This document shows, one piece after another, positions 9,889 to 20,124 of a stretch of DNA of 64,000 nucleotides. Each line of letters opens with the position of its first letter. Positions within the stretch are counted from its first letter, which is position 1. The notes under the pieces were generated by a model. It saw nothing but the letters and a program-made list of their open reading frames with translations. It was not told where the DNA came from and ran no database searches. The DNA is from an uncultured Gammaproteobacteria bacterium. Its GTDB lineage: Bacteria > Patescibacteriota > Patescibacteriia > UBA10025 > JAHIVO01. The stretch lies in the NCBI GenBank assembly GCA_964592105.1, contig CAZQBL010000004.1:2256-66255 (forward strand), in the 5' to 3' direction. The position numbers were made by a program, and so were the translations under genes.

Positions 9889-11046
9889 ATGAAATTATTA
9901 GTTACAGGAGGCGCTGGGTTTATCGGCTCAAATTTTATACGTTATTGGTTGAAGAAATATCCAAATGATTCAATTTTAAATCTGGATAAATTAACTTATG
10001 CCGGAAACCCGTATGGCGAACCAGGGAAAGAAAAGCCCGCCAATCTGAGGGATCTTGAAGAAAATCCAAATTTAAAATTTGTCAAATTCGATATAACCTG
10101 CCCAATTGATACAAAGGAATCGAAAATCGAAAATGATCCGTTGAAAAAAGTCGAATTAGAAGGAAGGTTTGATAGAAAAAAATTTCTTCAGCTAGTAGAT
10201 TTTATAAGTGAATCTGATGCTGTTGTCCATTTTGCTGCCGAATCGCACGTTGATCGTTCATTGTTAGAAAAAGGAGGACATCCCACGGCCTTTGAGTTTG
10301 TGATTTCTAATGTATACGGAACGCATATTATGTTGGAGGCGGCTGTTAAAGCCTGGCAAGGCAAAATGAGCCAAAAACGCTTTCATCACGTTTCCACCGA
10401 TGAAGTTTTCGGAACGCTTCAATTGGGAGAAAAAAATAAGTTTAATGAACTAACGCGTTATGCGCCGCGTAGCCCTTACGCTGCTTCAAAAGCCTCGGCA
10501 GATCATTTAGTGAGGGCCTATAACATTAGTTTTGGACTGCCGACTACTATTTCAAACACAGAAAATAATTATGGTCCCTATCTTTATCCGGAAAAGCTAT
10601 TGTCATTGGCGATTACAAACCTTCTAGAAGGAAAAAAAGTGCCAATTTATGGTGAGGGGAAAAATGTCCGCGACTGGCTGTATGTTGAAGATCACTGTTT
10701 TGGGATTGACCTCATACTCAAAAAAGGGAAGCCGGGAGAAACCTACTGTATTGGCGGATTGACTCAGGACATTAATAATCTTCAGCTTATAAAAAAGGTC
10801 CTGGTTATCATGGGCAAAGACGAAAATTATATTGAATTTGTTAAAGACCGGCCTGGCCATGATTTACGATACGCCATTGATTGGTCAAAAGCGGAGCGGG
10901 AACTCGGCTACAGGCCGCAGCACGACTTAGATACTTATTTGGTAAAAATGATTAATTGGTATAAGGAGAACGAACAGTGGTGGAAACAGATTAAATCCGG
11001 TAAACTATACAAGGAATACTATAGAAAACAATACGAATTAAGATAA
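9889..11046 (+). CDS. rfbB: dTDP-glucose 4,6-dehydratase (with an internal insertion of about 30 aa)
   Basis: MKLLVTGGAGFIGSNF..LDKLTYAGN..HFAAESHVDRS..YAASKASADHLV are the canonical RmlB motifs. The 385-aa protein is longer than usual because of an insert between YAGN and AAESHVDRS. Confidence 0.85.
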   Translation: MKLLVTGGAGFIGSNFIRYWLKKYPNDSILNLDKLTYAGNPYGEPGKEKPANLRDLEENPNLKFVKFDITCPIDTKESKIENDPLKKVELEGRFDRKKFLQLVDFISESDAVVHFAAESHVDRSLLEKGGHPTAFEFVISNVYGTHIMLEAAVKAWQGKMSQKRFHHVSTDEVFGTLQLGEKNKFNELTRYAPRSPYAASKASADHLVRAYNISFGLPTTISNTENNYGPYLYPEKLLSLAITNLLEGKKVPIYGEGKNVRDWLYVEDHCFGIDLILKKGKPGETYCIGGLTQDINNLQLIKKVLVIMGKDENYIEFVKDRPGHDLRYAIDWSKAERELGYRPQHDLDTYLVKMINWYKENEQWWKQIKSGKLYKEYYRKQYELR

Positions 11047-11064
11047 TAATTAATTAACTTTTCA

Positions 11065-11904
11065 ATGAAAGTAATCATTATCGGCGCCAAAGGAATGCTA
11101 GGCCAAGAACTGGCCCGGACTTTTGTTAATTATCAAACTTTATTATGGGACCGGCACGAGATTGACATAACTGATAAGAATTCGGTGCGCAATAAGATAA
11201 AGCGGGAGAAACCCGATGTAATTATTAATGCCGCGGCCTATAATGACGTGGACGGTGCCGAGGAAAAAGAGTTTTTGGCTAATCAAATTAACGGATTTGG
11301 TCCAGGATACCTAGCTAAGTCGTTATCTGATTCTGGGGGCATTCTGGTGCATTACAGTACCGATTACGTTTTTAAAGGTGATAAGAAAGAAGGATATCAG
11401 GAAGAAGATTTTCCCGAGCCTCAATCTGCTTATGCTCGGTCAAAATACCTAGGTGAACAGGAGGTGCAAAAATACACAAATAAATTTTATATAATCAGAC
11501 TTTCGAGATTATTTGGGAAACCGGCTGCCAGTGTGACGGCAAAAAAAAGTTTTGTGCAGTTGATGCTTGATCTGGCTAAAACCAAAAAAATGCTTAATGT
11601 TGTTAATGAGGAACTCGACTGTCCGACTTTTGCTCCTGATTTGGCCCAACGGACTAGAGAAATAATTGAGCAAAAAAAACCCTACGGACTTTATCATGTT
11701 ACTAATAGCGGCGCCTGTACTTGGTATGATTTTGCCAAAGAGATATTTACTCTAAAAAATATTAGTGTTAAACTAAATCCAGTACCGGCAGACTTTTTCC
11801 CCAGACCTGCCGTGCGTCCTAAGTTTTCTGTTTTGCTTAATACCAAGTTGGCCGCGATGAGGAGCTGGCAGGAAGCGCTGAAAGAATTTATAATAAACAA
11901 TTAA
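11065..11904 (+). CDS. rfbD: dTDP-4-dehydrorhamnose reductase
   Basis: MKVIIIGAKGMLGQEL...INAAAYNDVDGAE...YSTDYVFKG...YARSKYLGE matches the RmlD family. Confidence 0.8.
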   Translation: MKVIIIGAKGMLGQELARTFVNYQTLLWDRHEIDITDKNSVRNKIKREKPDVIINAAAYNDVDGAEEKEFLANQINGFGPGYLAKSLSDSGGILVHYSTDYVFKGDKKEGYQEEDFPEPQSAYARSKYLGEQEVQKYTNKFYIIRLSRLFGKPAASVTAKKSFVQLMLDLAKTKKMLNVVNEELDCPTFAPDLAQRTREIIEQKKPYGLYHVTNSGACTWYDFAKEIFTLKNISVKLNPVPADFFPRPAVRPKFSVLLNTKLAAMRSWQEALKEFIINN

Positions 11905-12359
11905 TGTATAATCAATTTGGCATAGCCGTTGGCGCGTTAGTCTTAAAAGGAAAGAAGGTACTTTTACTCCATCGAACCGACTATGACATGTGGGACTTGC
12001 CCTCAGGTGGCCTGGAGCCGAATGAAGATATTTTGCAGGCACTGAAACGAGAGATTAAAGAAGAGACGGGACTGAAAGTTGAACCAAAAAAATTAGTTGG
12101 AGTATATCATAACTTTATAACAAGAGTGATTGTCCTTTTATTTACGGTCAGAGTTATTTCCGGCCATCTAACAGAAAATAGCGAGGCAGACAATTTTGGA
12201 TATTTTCACTACCAAAGGTTGCCAAAAAACACATTTCCCAAGCAAGTTGAAAGAATAAACGATTATTTCGCACAAAAAATCAAACCGGTTATTAAGGTAC
12301 AAAAAAGCATTCCTAGCACAAAAGCGCTTAAACTCCATAAAAAAAATAAAAAATATTGA
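11904..12359 (+). CDS. NUDIX hydrolase
   Basis: Nudix box GGLEPNEDILQALKREIKEETGL. Its start overlaps the rfbD stop (TAATG). Confidence 0.7.
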   Translation: MYNQFGIAVGALVLKGKKVLLLHRTDYDMWDLPSGGLEPNEDILQALKREIKEETGLKVEPKKLVGVYHNFITRVIVLLFTVRVISGHLTENSEADNFGYFHYQRLPKNTFPKQVERINDYFAQKIKPVIKVQKSIPSTKALKLHKKNKKY

Positions 12360-12385
12360 TAATGAATAATTAAACATACACAACT

Positions 12386-13105
12386 ATGAAGGGAATAATT
12401 TTAGCCGGAGGATTAGCAACCAGATTGAGACCTTTGACCCTAGTTACCAGCAAACAACTGCTGCCGGTTTATGACAAGCCCATGATTTTTTATCCGCTCA
12501 ACACTCTACTCAGTGCCGGAATAAAAGAAATTTTAATCATTATTGCGCCTGAGTACGCAGGCCATTTTTTGCATTTATTAGGTTCTGGTAAGGAATTCGG
12601 GGCAAAGTTTACTTATGAGATTCAAGAAAAACCCAGGGGGTTAGCCGATGCTTTTATCATTGGTGAAGACTTTATGGATAACGACAATGTAACTATGATT
12701 TTAGGAGATAATATTTTTGGTTGCGATGTTTCCGAAGATATAAAATCTTTTAAGAGTGGCGCGAGAGTATTTGCCAAAAAAGTTCCAGATCCGCAAAGGT
12801 ATGGTGTAGTAAAATTTGACGCCAACAATAAAGCTGTGGAAATAAAAGAAAAACCTCAGGAATGGATTAGTGATTTTGCAGTCGTAGGTTTATATATTTA
12901 CGACAAGCGAGTTTGCCAATTCGCCAAGGAAGTTAAGCCCTCGGCTCGTGGCGAGTTAGAGATAGTCGATCTGCACAATAAATACTTAAGTTTGGGCGAA
13001 TTGGATGTTAGAACAATTAACGGTGAGTGGTTCGACGCCGGGACGTTTGATTCTCTTCTGGCGGCAGGAAATTTTGTCAGTAAAAATAAAAAAAATTTTT
13101 CTTGA
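12386..13105 (+). CDS. rfbA: Glucose-1-phosphate thymidylyltransferase (short form)
   Basis: MKGIILAGGLATRLRPLT...KQLLPVYDKPMIFYPL is the RmlA N-terminal signature. Confidence 0.85.
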   Translation: MKGIILAGGLATRLRPLTLVTSKQLLPVYDKPMIFYPLNTLLSAGIKEILIIIAPEYAGHFLHLLGSGKEFGAKFTYEIQEKPRGLADAFIIGEDFMDNDNVTMILGDNIFGCDVSEDIKSFKSGARVFAKKVPDPQRYGVVKFDANNKAVEIKEKPQEWISDFAVVGLYIYDKRVCQFAKEVKPSARGELEIVDLHNKYLSLGELDVRTINGEWFDAGTFDSLLAAGNFVSKNKKNFS

Positions 13106-13120
13106 GCGTAAGGTAGTTTT

Positions 13121-13146
13121 AAAATTCCGAGGTTGCGGGATTTTTA
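13121..13146. terminator. Bidirectional hairpin terminator between convergent rfbA and the PEGA gene
   Basis: aaaAATTCCGaggttgCGGGATTtttt is a stem-loop flanked by an A-run and a T-run. Confidence 0.3.
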
Positions 13147-14433
13147 GAAAGAAAAAATCTTTAATCGCCCATCAGTGATTATCATGGCGTAATCACCATC
13201 ATTATCGACCGCCAAGTGGTTTAGGTGGTTAATTGATAATTTATAAATATTTGGGCTTTCTTGGGCATTCTCCAGAATGGTTAATCCAGAATTGTTCTGG
13301 CCATAAATTATGTAGTTTTGGGCTTTTAGCCAGGCCGCCGAATTGATAATATCGGATGTCCTGGTAACTAGTTCTTTTTCTCCGTTGGCCAGATTTAAAA
13401 TCCAAATTTCATGTTCATTGAAGGTGACGACTGTTTCATTATTTCCTGTAAAGGCGAGTCCCGTCACCTCCTCGGAAAATTCGTGGTAATCGTTTTTATT
13501 GATATTATATATAAACATTTTCTTTTGTGTGGTATTTAAAATACACAGGTAATTATCGGAGCAATTGTAAAATTGCATATTGCTTTGTGACGGTAAATTT
13601 ATTTGATTTATAATTTTAAGGTCTGATTTGAAAAAGTTGAGTTGATTATTTTCCGTGTAAACAAAGAGGTTGTCCTGAACTGGCCAAACATTTTTTTTGT
13701 CAGAAATTAAAGTTTTTGTGTTTTGTAAAATATTGATACGAAATAAACCCTCCGTGGTATTAGCGTACAACACTGAGTTTTCAGACAAACTCCATTTGAG
13801 GCTTGTGATGACCAGATTGTATTTTTTGGTGAGGTCAATTATTTTTTCCGGCTGATTGACTTCAATAACTAGCCCGTCGCCATCATCGTTTTTTACAGCC
13901 AGATAATTTTCATCCGAAGACCACTCAAGTGAAGGGCCGCGGCCATTATATTTAAAGTCATGTAAGATTACCCCGGTCGCCGTATTTATTATAAAACAAT
14001 ATTGATTTTGAATAGCAGCAATTTTCCTGCCAGAGGGCGAGAAAGATGCTGAAATAATGTCCCCCCAGGAGGAATTTTCCAGGGGTGTCTCGTCTTTTAT
14101 TAGGTTAATTGCGTCAAAGCGCCAACTCTGTCCGGCTTCAATCACGACTTTTCTGGACCAGTTATAATAACCCTCAAGAGAAACTGTAATTTCATATTTA
14201 TCAGGCTTTAGATTATTAACAGTTAATGGCGTTTTTTTTGTTAATAATTTTCCATTGATACTCACTGAAGCATTACGTGGTTCTGTTTTTATTAGTAAAC
14301 CACCAACTTTTTGGATCTGACGTGTTTGCCAATCCAGTCGCCAGCCAGCGGCGTAAAAAATTACCAAGGAGGCCACAATAAAAAACAAAATAATAATTAC
14401 TATGAAATAATATAATCTTTGCCGGTAAGTCAT
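13144..14433 (-). CDS. Membrane-anchored PEGA-domain protein with a predicted beta-propeller (TolB-like) region
   Basis: N-terminal TM, then a PEGA-like motif (KTEPRNASVSINGKLL...LKPDKYEITVSLEGY), then repetitive beta-rich sequence. Confidence 0.45.
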   Translation of the reverse strand: MTYRQRLYYFIVIIILFFIVASLVIFYAAGWRLDWQTRQIQKVGGLLIKTEPRNASVSINGKLLTKKTPLTVNNLKPDKYEITVSLEGYYNWSRKVVIEAGQSWRFDAINLIKDETPLENSSWGDIISASFSPSGRKIAAIQNQYCFIINTATGVILHDFKYNGRGPSLEWSSDENYLAVKNDDGDGLVIEVNQPEKIIDLTKKYNLVITSLKWSLSENSVLYANTTEGLFRINILQNTKTLISDKKNVWPVQDNLFVYTENNQLNFFKSDLKIINQINLPSQSNMQFYNCSDNYLCILNTTQKKMFIYNINKNDYHEFSEEVTGLAFTGNNETVVTFNEHEIWILNLANGEKELVTRTSDIINSAAWLKAQNYIIYGQNNSGLTILENAQESPNIYKLSINHLNHLAVDNDGDYAMIITDGRLKIFSF

Positions 14434-14478
14434 ATTAGCTGTTATTATATTATTTTTGACCGAATTTGTCGATTCGGC

Positions 14479-14507
14479 TTGGCTTGTATTTAATGATTTG
14501 GTATACT
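14479..14507 (+). promoter_or_regulatory. Sigma-70-like promoter for murA: TTGGCT-17-TGgTATACT (extended -10)
   Basis: The hexamers lie 24 nt upstream of the murA ATG at 14531. Confidence 0.35.
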
Positions 14508-14530
14508 ATTATTGAACTCAAGCAAAAAAT

Positions 14531-15784
14531 ATGTCCAAATTTATTATTCAAGGAGGTCACTCCCTGAAAGGCGAAATAAGCGTCGGTGGTGCCAAAAACT
14601 CAGCCATGAAAATGATGGCCGCTGCTTTGCTTACTAAAGATACGGTGGAACTCCACAATGTTCCTGACATTCAGGATATTCAAACAATGCAAAGAATCCT
14701 AGAGAAGCTTGGAGCAAAAATTGAGTTTAAAAATGGAGTGATGGCCATTCTGGCCCGCGATGTGTCAGATTATTCTCCCGATTATCAATTAGTTAAACAC
14801 ATGCGAGGTTCGGTGGTGGTAGTTGGTCCCTTGTTGAGCAGATTTGGGCAGGCCAAAATACCCCAACCAGGCGGGTGTCTTATTGGTTCCCGACCCATAG
14901 ACACTCATCTCAATGCTTTTACCCAGCTTGGCGTGGCAGTGAAGTCTGAGCAGGATTATTATATTTTAGATGGTCGGAGAATGAAAGGGGGCAAAGTTAT
15001 TCTTGATGAAATGAGTGTGACTGCCACGGAGAACGTATTAATGGCGGCTACTTTAGCCAAAGGCACCACAACCATTCATCTTAGTGCTTGTGAACCCGAG
15101 ATTGTAGATTTAGCGACTATGCTCATAAAAATGGGCGCCAAGATTAAAGGCGCCGGAACTTCAGTCATAACCGTGGAGGGAGTTGATAAATTACACGGGG
15201 TAAAACATACGGTTATTCCCGATCGAATAGAAGCGGGTACTTTTGCTATTGCCGCAGCGGTTAGCCGTGGTGATGTACGAATAAAAAATTTCGTAGCCGA
15301 TCATCTGGAATTAGTTTTGAATAAATTCCGCCAAAGTAATGTCAATTTTGAGGTTGAGGATGATAAAACTCTGCGGATTAAGCCGACTACTATTTTTAAA
15401 CCTATTAACTTTGATACACGTCCTTATCCAGGATTCCCCACTGATTTACAGGCGCCAATGTCGGTTTTGTTGACACAGGCCAATGGTACGAGTCGGATAT
15501 TCGAAACCATGTACGAAGGTCGATTGGGATATGTCAAAGAACTGGCCAAGATGGGCGCTGATACTAATATAATTGACGCTCATACCGTTATCATCAATGG
15601 GCCAACGCCGTTATATGGCAAGGAAATTACTTCATTTGATATCAGGGCAGGAGCCACTCTGATTATAGCAGCCTTGATTGCTCATGGCGAAAGTATAATA
15701 GATCGCATTGAACTGGTTGACCGCGGCTATGAAACGATAGAAAAAAGGCTTGTCAATTTAGGAGCTAAGATAAAAAGAATTTAA
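14531..15784 (+). CDS. murA: UDP-N-acetylglucosamine 1-carboxyvinyltransferase
   Basis: 417 aa with a MurA/EPSP-synthase-fold signature (GGAKNSA...; catalytic-loop region). Confidence 0.9.
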   Translation: MSKFIIQGGHSLKGEISVGGAKNSAMKMMAAALLTKDTVELHNVPDIQDIQTMQRILEKLGAKIEFKNGVMAILARDVSDYSPDYQLVKHMRGSVVVVGPLLSRFGQAKIPQPGGCLIGSRPIDTHLNAFTQLGVAVKSEQDYYILDGRRMKGGKVILDEMSVTATENVLMAATLAKGTTTIHLSACEPEIVDLATMLIKMGAKIKGAGTSVITVEGVDKLHGVKHTVIPDRIEAGTFAIAAAVSRGDVRIKNFVADHLELVLNKFRQSNVNFEVEDDKTLRIKPTTIFKPINFDTRPYPGFPTDLQAPMSVLLTQANGTSRIFETMYEGRLGYVKELAKMGADTNIIDAHTVIINGPTPLYGKEITSFDIRAGATLIIAALIAHGESIIDRIELVDRGYETIEKRLVNLGAKIKRI

Positions 15785-15787
15785 TTT

Positions 15788-17026
15788 ATGAACGATAATT
15801 TCACACCAGTCAACCAAACAAAACGAACCAAAAGCAAATTTTCCATTATTTTTTTGGTTCTCATTATCATGTTGGCATTCTTATCAGGAATTTATTTGGG
15901 CGTTTGGCAATCTTATCGGACTTTTAGCCAAACACCAATTTCTGATTTAATAAGTAATCACATAAATTTACCTTTTTCTGACAAAGTCGATACCTCACTT
16001 TTTAATAAGGTTTGGCAGTCAATAAGTGAGAAATATATCAACGGTCCAATTGACGAGAAAACCGCCTATTACGGAGCTTTACAAGGATTGGTAAAAAGCT
16101 TGGGCGATCCCTATTCTGTTTTTTTTGACCCTTCTCAAACAGTTGATTTTAATCAGGAATTGAGCGGTAATTTTGAAGGTATAGGCGCCGAGATTGGAAT
16201 TAAAAATAATCAGCTCACCATTATCGCATCATTATCGCATACGCCAGCTGAAGCAGCAGGACTTAAAGCCGGGGACAAAATAATCAGAATTGACGGGCGC
16301 GATACCGCGGAAATGAGTTTAGATCAAGCAATTAGTTTGATCCGCGGCGAAAAAGGCACGGTAGTAACATTAAACATCTTCCCTGCTGGCCAAAATGAGA
16401 TAAAAGAAATAAAGATTACCAGGGAGGTTATCAAGGTGAAGAGCGTAAACTGGCAGATGAAAGACGGTAATATCGCCTGGGTGGGAATCTCACACTTTAA
16501 CAGTGATACCGATGAAGAGTTTAATAAAATTGTTCAGGAGATTGTCGTAAAAAACCCTAAAGGTATCATTTTGGACCTTAGGAACAACCCTGGAGGATTT
16601 TTGGAAACGGCAGTTTATATAGCCGGCGTCTTTCTGGATAAAAAAGTAATTGTAATTGAGGATTTTGGTACGAAGAAAAATGAATACAGGTCCACCAATA
16701 ATTCGCCTTTCAAGGATATAAAGACGGTAGTGCTGGTCAATTTGGGTAGTGCTTCAGCGTCAGAGATAATTGCCGGTGCTCTTCAAGATTACCAAAAAGC
16801 CGTGATAGTAGGACAAAAAACATTTGGCAAGGGTTCGGTACAAAATTTTGAGGAATTTGCCGATGGTTCCTCTTTGAAATTGACAGTGGCCAAGTGGCTA
16901 ACTCCCAATGGTCGGTCAATAGATGATTCCGGAATAACCCCAGACGTTGAAGTTGCCATGACGGACGATGATTACAATAACGATAAGGACCCCCAGCTGG
17001 ATAAGGCCCTCGAACTTCTAAAGTAA
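15788..17026 (+). CDS. ctpA: C-terminal processing peptidase (S41, CtpA/Prc family) with PDZ domain
   Basis: N-terminal TM, a PDZ region ([13 protein letters not shown]), the S41 Ser motif (GSASASEI) and the Lys motif (TFGKGSVQ). Confidence 0.8.
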   Translation: MNDNFTPVNQTKRTKSKFSIIFLVLIIMLAFLSGIYLGVWQSYRTFSQTPISDLISNHINLPFSDKVDTSLFNKVWQSISEKYINGPIDEKTAYYGALQGLVKSLGDPYSVFFDPSQTVDFNQELSGNFEGIGAEIGIKNNQLTIIASLSHTPAEAAGLKAGDKIIRIDGRDTAEMSLDQAISLIRGEKGTVVTLNIFPAGQNEIKEIKITREVIKVKSVNWQMKDGNIAWVGISHFNSDTDEEFNKIVQEIVVKNPKGIILDLRNNPGGFLETAVYIAGVFLDKKVIVIEDFGTKKNEYRSTNNSPFKDIKTVVLVNLGSASASEIIAGALQDYQKAVIVGQKTFGKGSVQNFEEFADGSSLKLTVAKWLTPNGRSIDDSGITPDVEVAMTDDDYNNDKDPQLDKALELLK

Positions 17027-17030
17027 AAAT

Positions 17031-17261
17031 ATGTCATGTCAGTATCATTTACGTCTCTTTGGTCAGGTCCAGGGAGTCGGCTTACGTTACGCGGTCAAAC
17101 AGCAGGCTATCAAAATGGGATTAAAGGGGTTTGTCAGGAATCTTGATGATGGCAGCGTAGAACTGGTTATCAACGGTCAGCTTAAAAAATTTATATCCTG
17201 TTTATATCCTGGCTTAAACGGAAATTTGGCCGGCATAACATTAGAAAAATTGAAGTTATAA
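17031..17261 (+). CDS. acyP: Acylphosphatase
   Basis: [11 protein letters not shown]...[12 protein letters not shown] is the acylphosphatase signature. Confidence 0.65.
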   Translation: MSCQYHLRLFGQVQGVGLRYAVKQQAIKMGLKGFVRNLDDGSVELVINGQLKKFISCLYPGLNGNLAGITLEKLKL

Positions 17262-17314
17262 AACAAAATTCCGAAAGGTTTGCTGATTTTAAAATTTTGT
17301 TCTAAAATTATTTT

Positions 17315-17752
17315 ATGGAAGTCGTGCTTTTAGCTGACCTAAAAAATTTCGGTAAAAAGGGCGAGGTGAAGATTGTTAGCGATGGTTACGCCCGTAATTA
17401 TCTATTTCCCAAAAAGCTAGCAGTTTTATCCACAGATGCACTGAAAGAACGATTAATACACGAAAAAAAACTCCGGGACGAAAAAATTGCCAAACAGCAG
17501 AAAACCAAGGCAGAATTAATTCATAAATTAAAGGAAACTCATCTGAAAATAACCAGCAAAGCCAGTGTGGCTGGCACTTTATTTAAGGGAATCAATCGCG
17601 AGGATATTGCCAAAAAATTCCGTGAAGTGACCGGTTTTGATCTTGATAAGAATTCGGTGATATTAGACCATCCCATAAAACATAGTGGTAGTTTTCAAAT
17701 AAATATAAGGATAATTAACAAAGAATATCCCTTAAAAGTGACAATTAACTAA
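17315..17752 (+). CDS. rplI: 50S ribosomal protein L9
   Basis: MEVVLLADLKNFGKKGEVKIVSDGYARNYLFPKKLA matches the L9 N-domain. Confidence 0.85.
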   Translation: MEVVLLADLKNFGKKGEVKIVSDGYARNYLFPKKLAVLSTDALKERLIHEKKLRDEKIAKQQKTKAELIHKLKETHLKITSKASVAGTLFKGINREDIAKKFREVTGFDLDKNSVILDHPIKHSGSFQINIRIINKEYPLKVTIN

Positions 17753-17758
17753 TCGCCA

Positions 17759-19441
17759 ATGGAATGTCGTTATATATTCGTTTCCGGAGGTGTTCTTTCC
17801 GGTTTGGGTAAGGGCGTCGTGGCTGCGTCCATTGCTCATTTGTTGCAAAACAGAGGATATAAGGTGGGCGTGATTAAATGTGAGAATTATATTAATATTG
17901 ATTCAGGAACGATCAATCCTGTTGAACATGGGGATCCATTTTTATGTGAAGATGGATTAGAGGCCGATATGGACTTAGGCACTTATGAACGTTTTTTAAA
18001 TAAGGAAATGGGGCGTAGGAACTTCACGACCATGGGTCAGATTTACAAATCTGTAATAGACAGGGAAAGATCATTTGGTTATAACGGTGAAGATGTAGAG
18101 GCCATACCTCATGTTTCCGATGAAATCATCGCTAGAATCAAAGAAGCCGGCGAAGGTAATGAAATAATCGTTATCGAACTCGGCGGTACGGCCGGGGAGT
18201 ATCAAAACATGCTTTACTACGAAGCTTGCCGTATCATGAAAGCAAAAATGCCCGGGCATGTTTTGAATGTCCATGTCAGCTATGTGCCGATGCCCAAACA
18301 TATTGGCGAACCAAAAACCATGCCGACTCAATTGTCTATCCGAACGGTTATGAACATGGGCATTATACCAGAATTTTTGGTTTTGCGATGTGAAGTAGAA
18401 CTGGATAAAAGACGACGCTATTTGCTTGGCTTGAAATGTAACGTTTCCGGCGACAACGTTATTATGTCACCGGATTTGGATTGTGTTTATGATTTACCGT
18501 TATTGTTTGCTAAACAGAATTTTGATAGAAATATTTTGAAATTTTTTGACCTGAATTATCGACGACCGCATTTAGGTTCTTGGAAAAAACTGATCAGAAG
18601 CATTAAGTCCAAAAAGGATAAAAGCGTTGACATTGTTATTGCCGGAAAATACTTCAGCACCAAGGATTACGGCCTGACTGATACCTACGCCGCTTTAATT
18701 GAGGCTATTAAGCACGCCTGCTGGTATTTAAAGGTCAATTTGAATTTAAAAGTAGTCAACACTGAAAACATAGAAGAACAAGGTGTAAAAATTATTGGCA
18801 AGCCGCAAGGCATAATTGTTCCAATTGGCTGGGGTAATCGGGGCGCGGAAGGAAAGATTATGGCCATTCAATACGCGCGTGAGAAAAAAATTCCTTTTCT
18901 GGGACTGTGCTATGGTATGCAGTTGGCTTGCGTTGAATTTGCTAGAAACGTGGTTGGCTTAAAAGACGCTAATTCGGTAGAAATAAATCCCGAGACGAAA
19001 AATCCAATTATTCATAGCATTCCCATGTCTGCTAAATATCAAACCATTAAAGGCGAAGGTACTTCAATGCGCCTGGGGGCTTATGATTGTTATTTATTAG
19101 AAAAGAGTTTAGCCGCTACTATTTATTTAAAATATAACTCTGCTGAAATAGTTAGTGAAGCAAAAAAGAAAAACGATAAAATTGTAGCCCAAGGAAACGT
19201 TAAAATATCCGAAAGGCACCGGCACCGGTATGAATTTAATAATGATTATCGAAAAATACTTGAGGAACATGGCTTGATTATTTCAGGAACTTCTCCTGAT
19301 AATTTTTTCGTGGAAATGATAGAATTGCCAAAAAATTTACACCCTTTTTTTATTGCTACTCAAGGACATCCCGAATATAAATCAAAACCCCTAAAGCCCC
19401 ACCCGCTTTTTATAGAATTTATTAAAGCCAGTCTAAAATAA
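17759..19441 (+). CDS. pyrG: CTP synthase
   Basis: IFVSGGVLSGLGKGVVAASI... in the synthetase domain, plus a C-terminal GATase domain (GLCYGMQLA...HRHRYEFN). Confidence 0.9.
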   Translation: MECRYIFVSGGVLSGLGKGVVAASIAHLLQNRGYKVGVIKCENYINIDSGTINPVEHGDPFLCEDGLEADMDLGTYERFLNKEMGRRNFTTMGQIYKSVIDRERSFGYNGEDVEAIPHVSDEIIARIKEAGEGNEIIVIELGGTAGEYQNMLYYEACRIMKAKMPGHVLNVHVSYVPMPKHIGEPKTMPTQLSIRTVMNMGIIPEFLVLRCEVELDKRRRYLLGLKCNVSGDNVIMSPDLDCVYDLPLLFAKQNFDRNILKFFDLNYRRPHLGSWKKLIRSIKSKKDKSVDIVIAGKYFSTKDYGLTDTYAALIEAIKHACWYLKVNLNLKVVNTENIEEQGVKIIGKPQGIIVPIGWGNRGAEGKIMAIQYAREKKIPFLGLCYGMQLACVEFARNVVGLKDANSVEINPETKNPIIHSIPMSAKYQTIKGEGTSMRLGAYDCYLLEKSLAATIYLKYNSAEIVSEAKKKNDKIVAQGNVKISERHRHRYEFNNDYRKILEEHGLIISGTSPDNFFVEMIELPKNLHPFFIATQGHPEYKSKPLKPHPLFIEFIKASLK

Positions 19442-19485
19442 AAAACAGCCTCAGCTTGAATATGGTGCTGTTTTTTGTTTTTTTA
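19441..19485. terminator. Bidirectional intrinsic terminator between convergent pyrG and rpmA
   Basis: AAAACAGC-n17-GCTGTTTTTTGTTTTTTTA is a perfect 8-bp stem flanked by an A-run and a T-run. Confidence 0.5.
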
Positions 19486-19767
19486 TTTGGTTACAGGTTT
19501 GATACTGACAAAATTGGCGAAAACTAGGGAGTTATTAAATTTTTTTATCCTTTTCCGGCTGAATACAACCTGACCGTCTTGCAGCGCGAATAATGTGTTA
19601 TCGCGGCCCATTTTTACGTTTTTACCGGCACGATATTTTGTGCCTCTCTGTCTGACGATTATATTACCTGCTTTGGCAATTTGGCCACCATAAAGTTTTA
19701 CTCCCAGACGCTGTCCGTGGCTATCCCTGCCAAGACTTGTTGTGCCTACACCTTTTACGTGTGCCAT
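19483..19767 (-). CDS. rpmA: 50S ribosomal protein L27
   Basis: [29 protein letters not shown] is the canonical L27 sequence. Confidence 0.9.
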   Translation of the reverse strand: MAHVKGVGTTSLGRDSHGQRLGVKLYGGQIAKAGNIIVRQRGTKYRAGKNVKMGRDNTLFALQDGQVVFSRKRIKKFNNSLVFANFVSIKPVTK

Positions 19768-19832
19768 ATTTAATTATTTGAATTATTAGATGATTTACAT
19801 TTTATATTAAGGCGGAAAAAAGTCAAATACCA

Positions 19833-20120
19833 CTAGAACGGATTCCTGAGGTTGCGCAAAACGTCAGCTTTTAGTTCTTGTTTTGTCTTAATTGACGTAT
19901 TAATTTGGTTAAAAAGCTCTATATTTACCTGCTGTTTTTTAGCAGTTATTTCCGTTGATGGAATTTCTTTTGGCGAGATGATTGTTGAATAGATATTGAC
20001 ATAGCAAAAGTAGCCGAACCAAATAATTAATAAAATCGAAAATGTTAACACTACCTTGTTCGTGTTTTTTAAAAGCCAGTTCAAGATACCCGAATATGAA
20101 ATAGATAATTTTACTTTCAT
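19833..20120 (-). CDS. Small single-TM protein at the 3' end of the pilus operon (hypothetical)
   Basis: 95 aa with one TM (VVLTFSILLIIWFGYFCYV). Operon context only. Confidence 0.3.
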   Translation of the reverse strand: MKVKLSISYSGILNWLLKNTNKVVLTFSILLIIWFGYFCYVNIYSTIISPKEIPSTEITAKKQQVNIELFNQINTSIKTKQELKADVLRNLRNPF

Positions 20121-20124
20121 ATGA

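Noticed and set aside
17031-17261. Possible C-terminal truncation of acylphosphatase (76 aa vs about 90)
   Set aside because: The core motifs are intact and the gene abuts rplI with a normal spacer. Size variation is within the family range.
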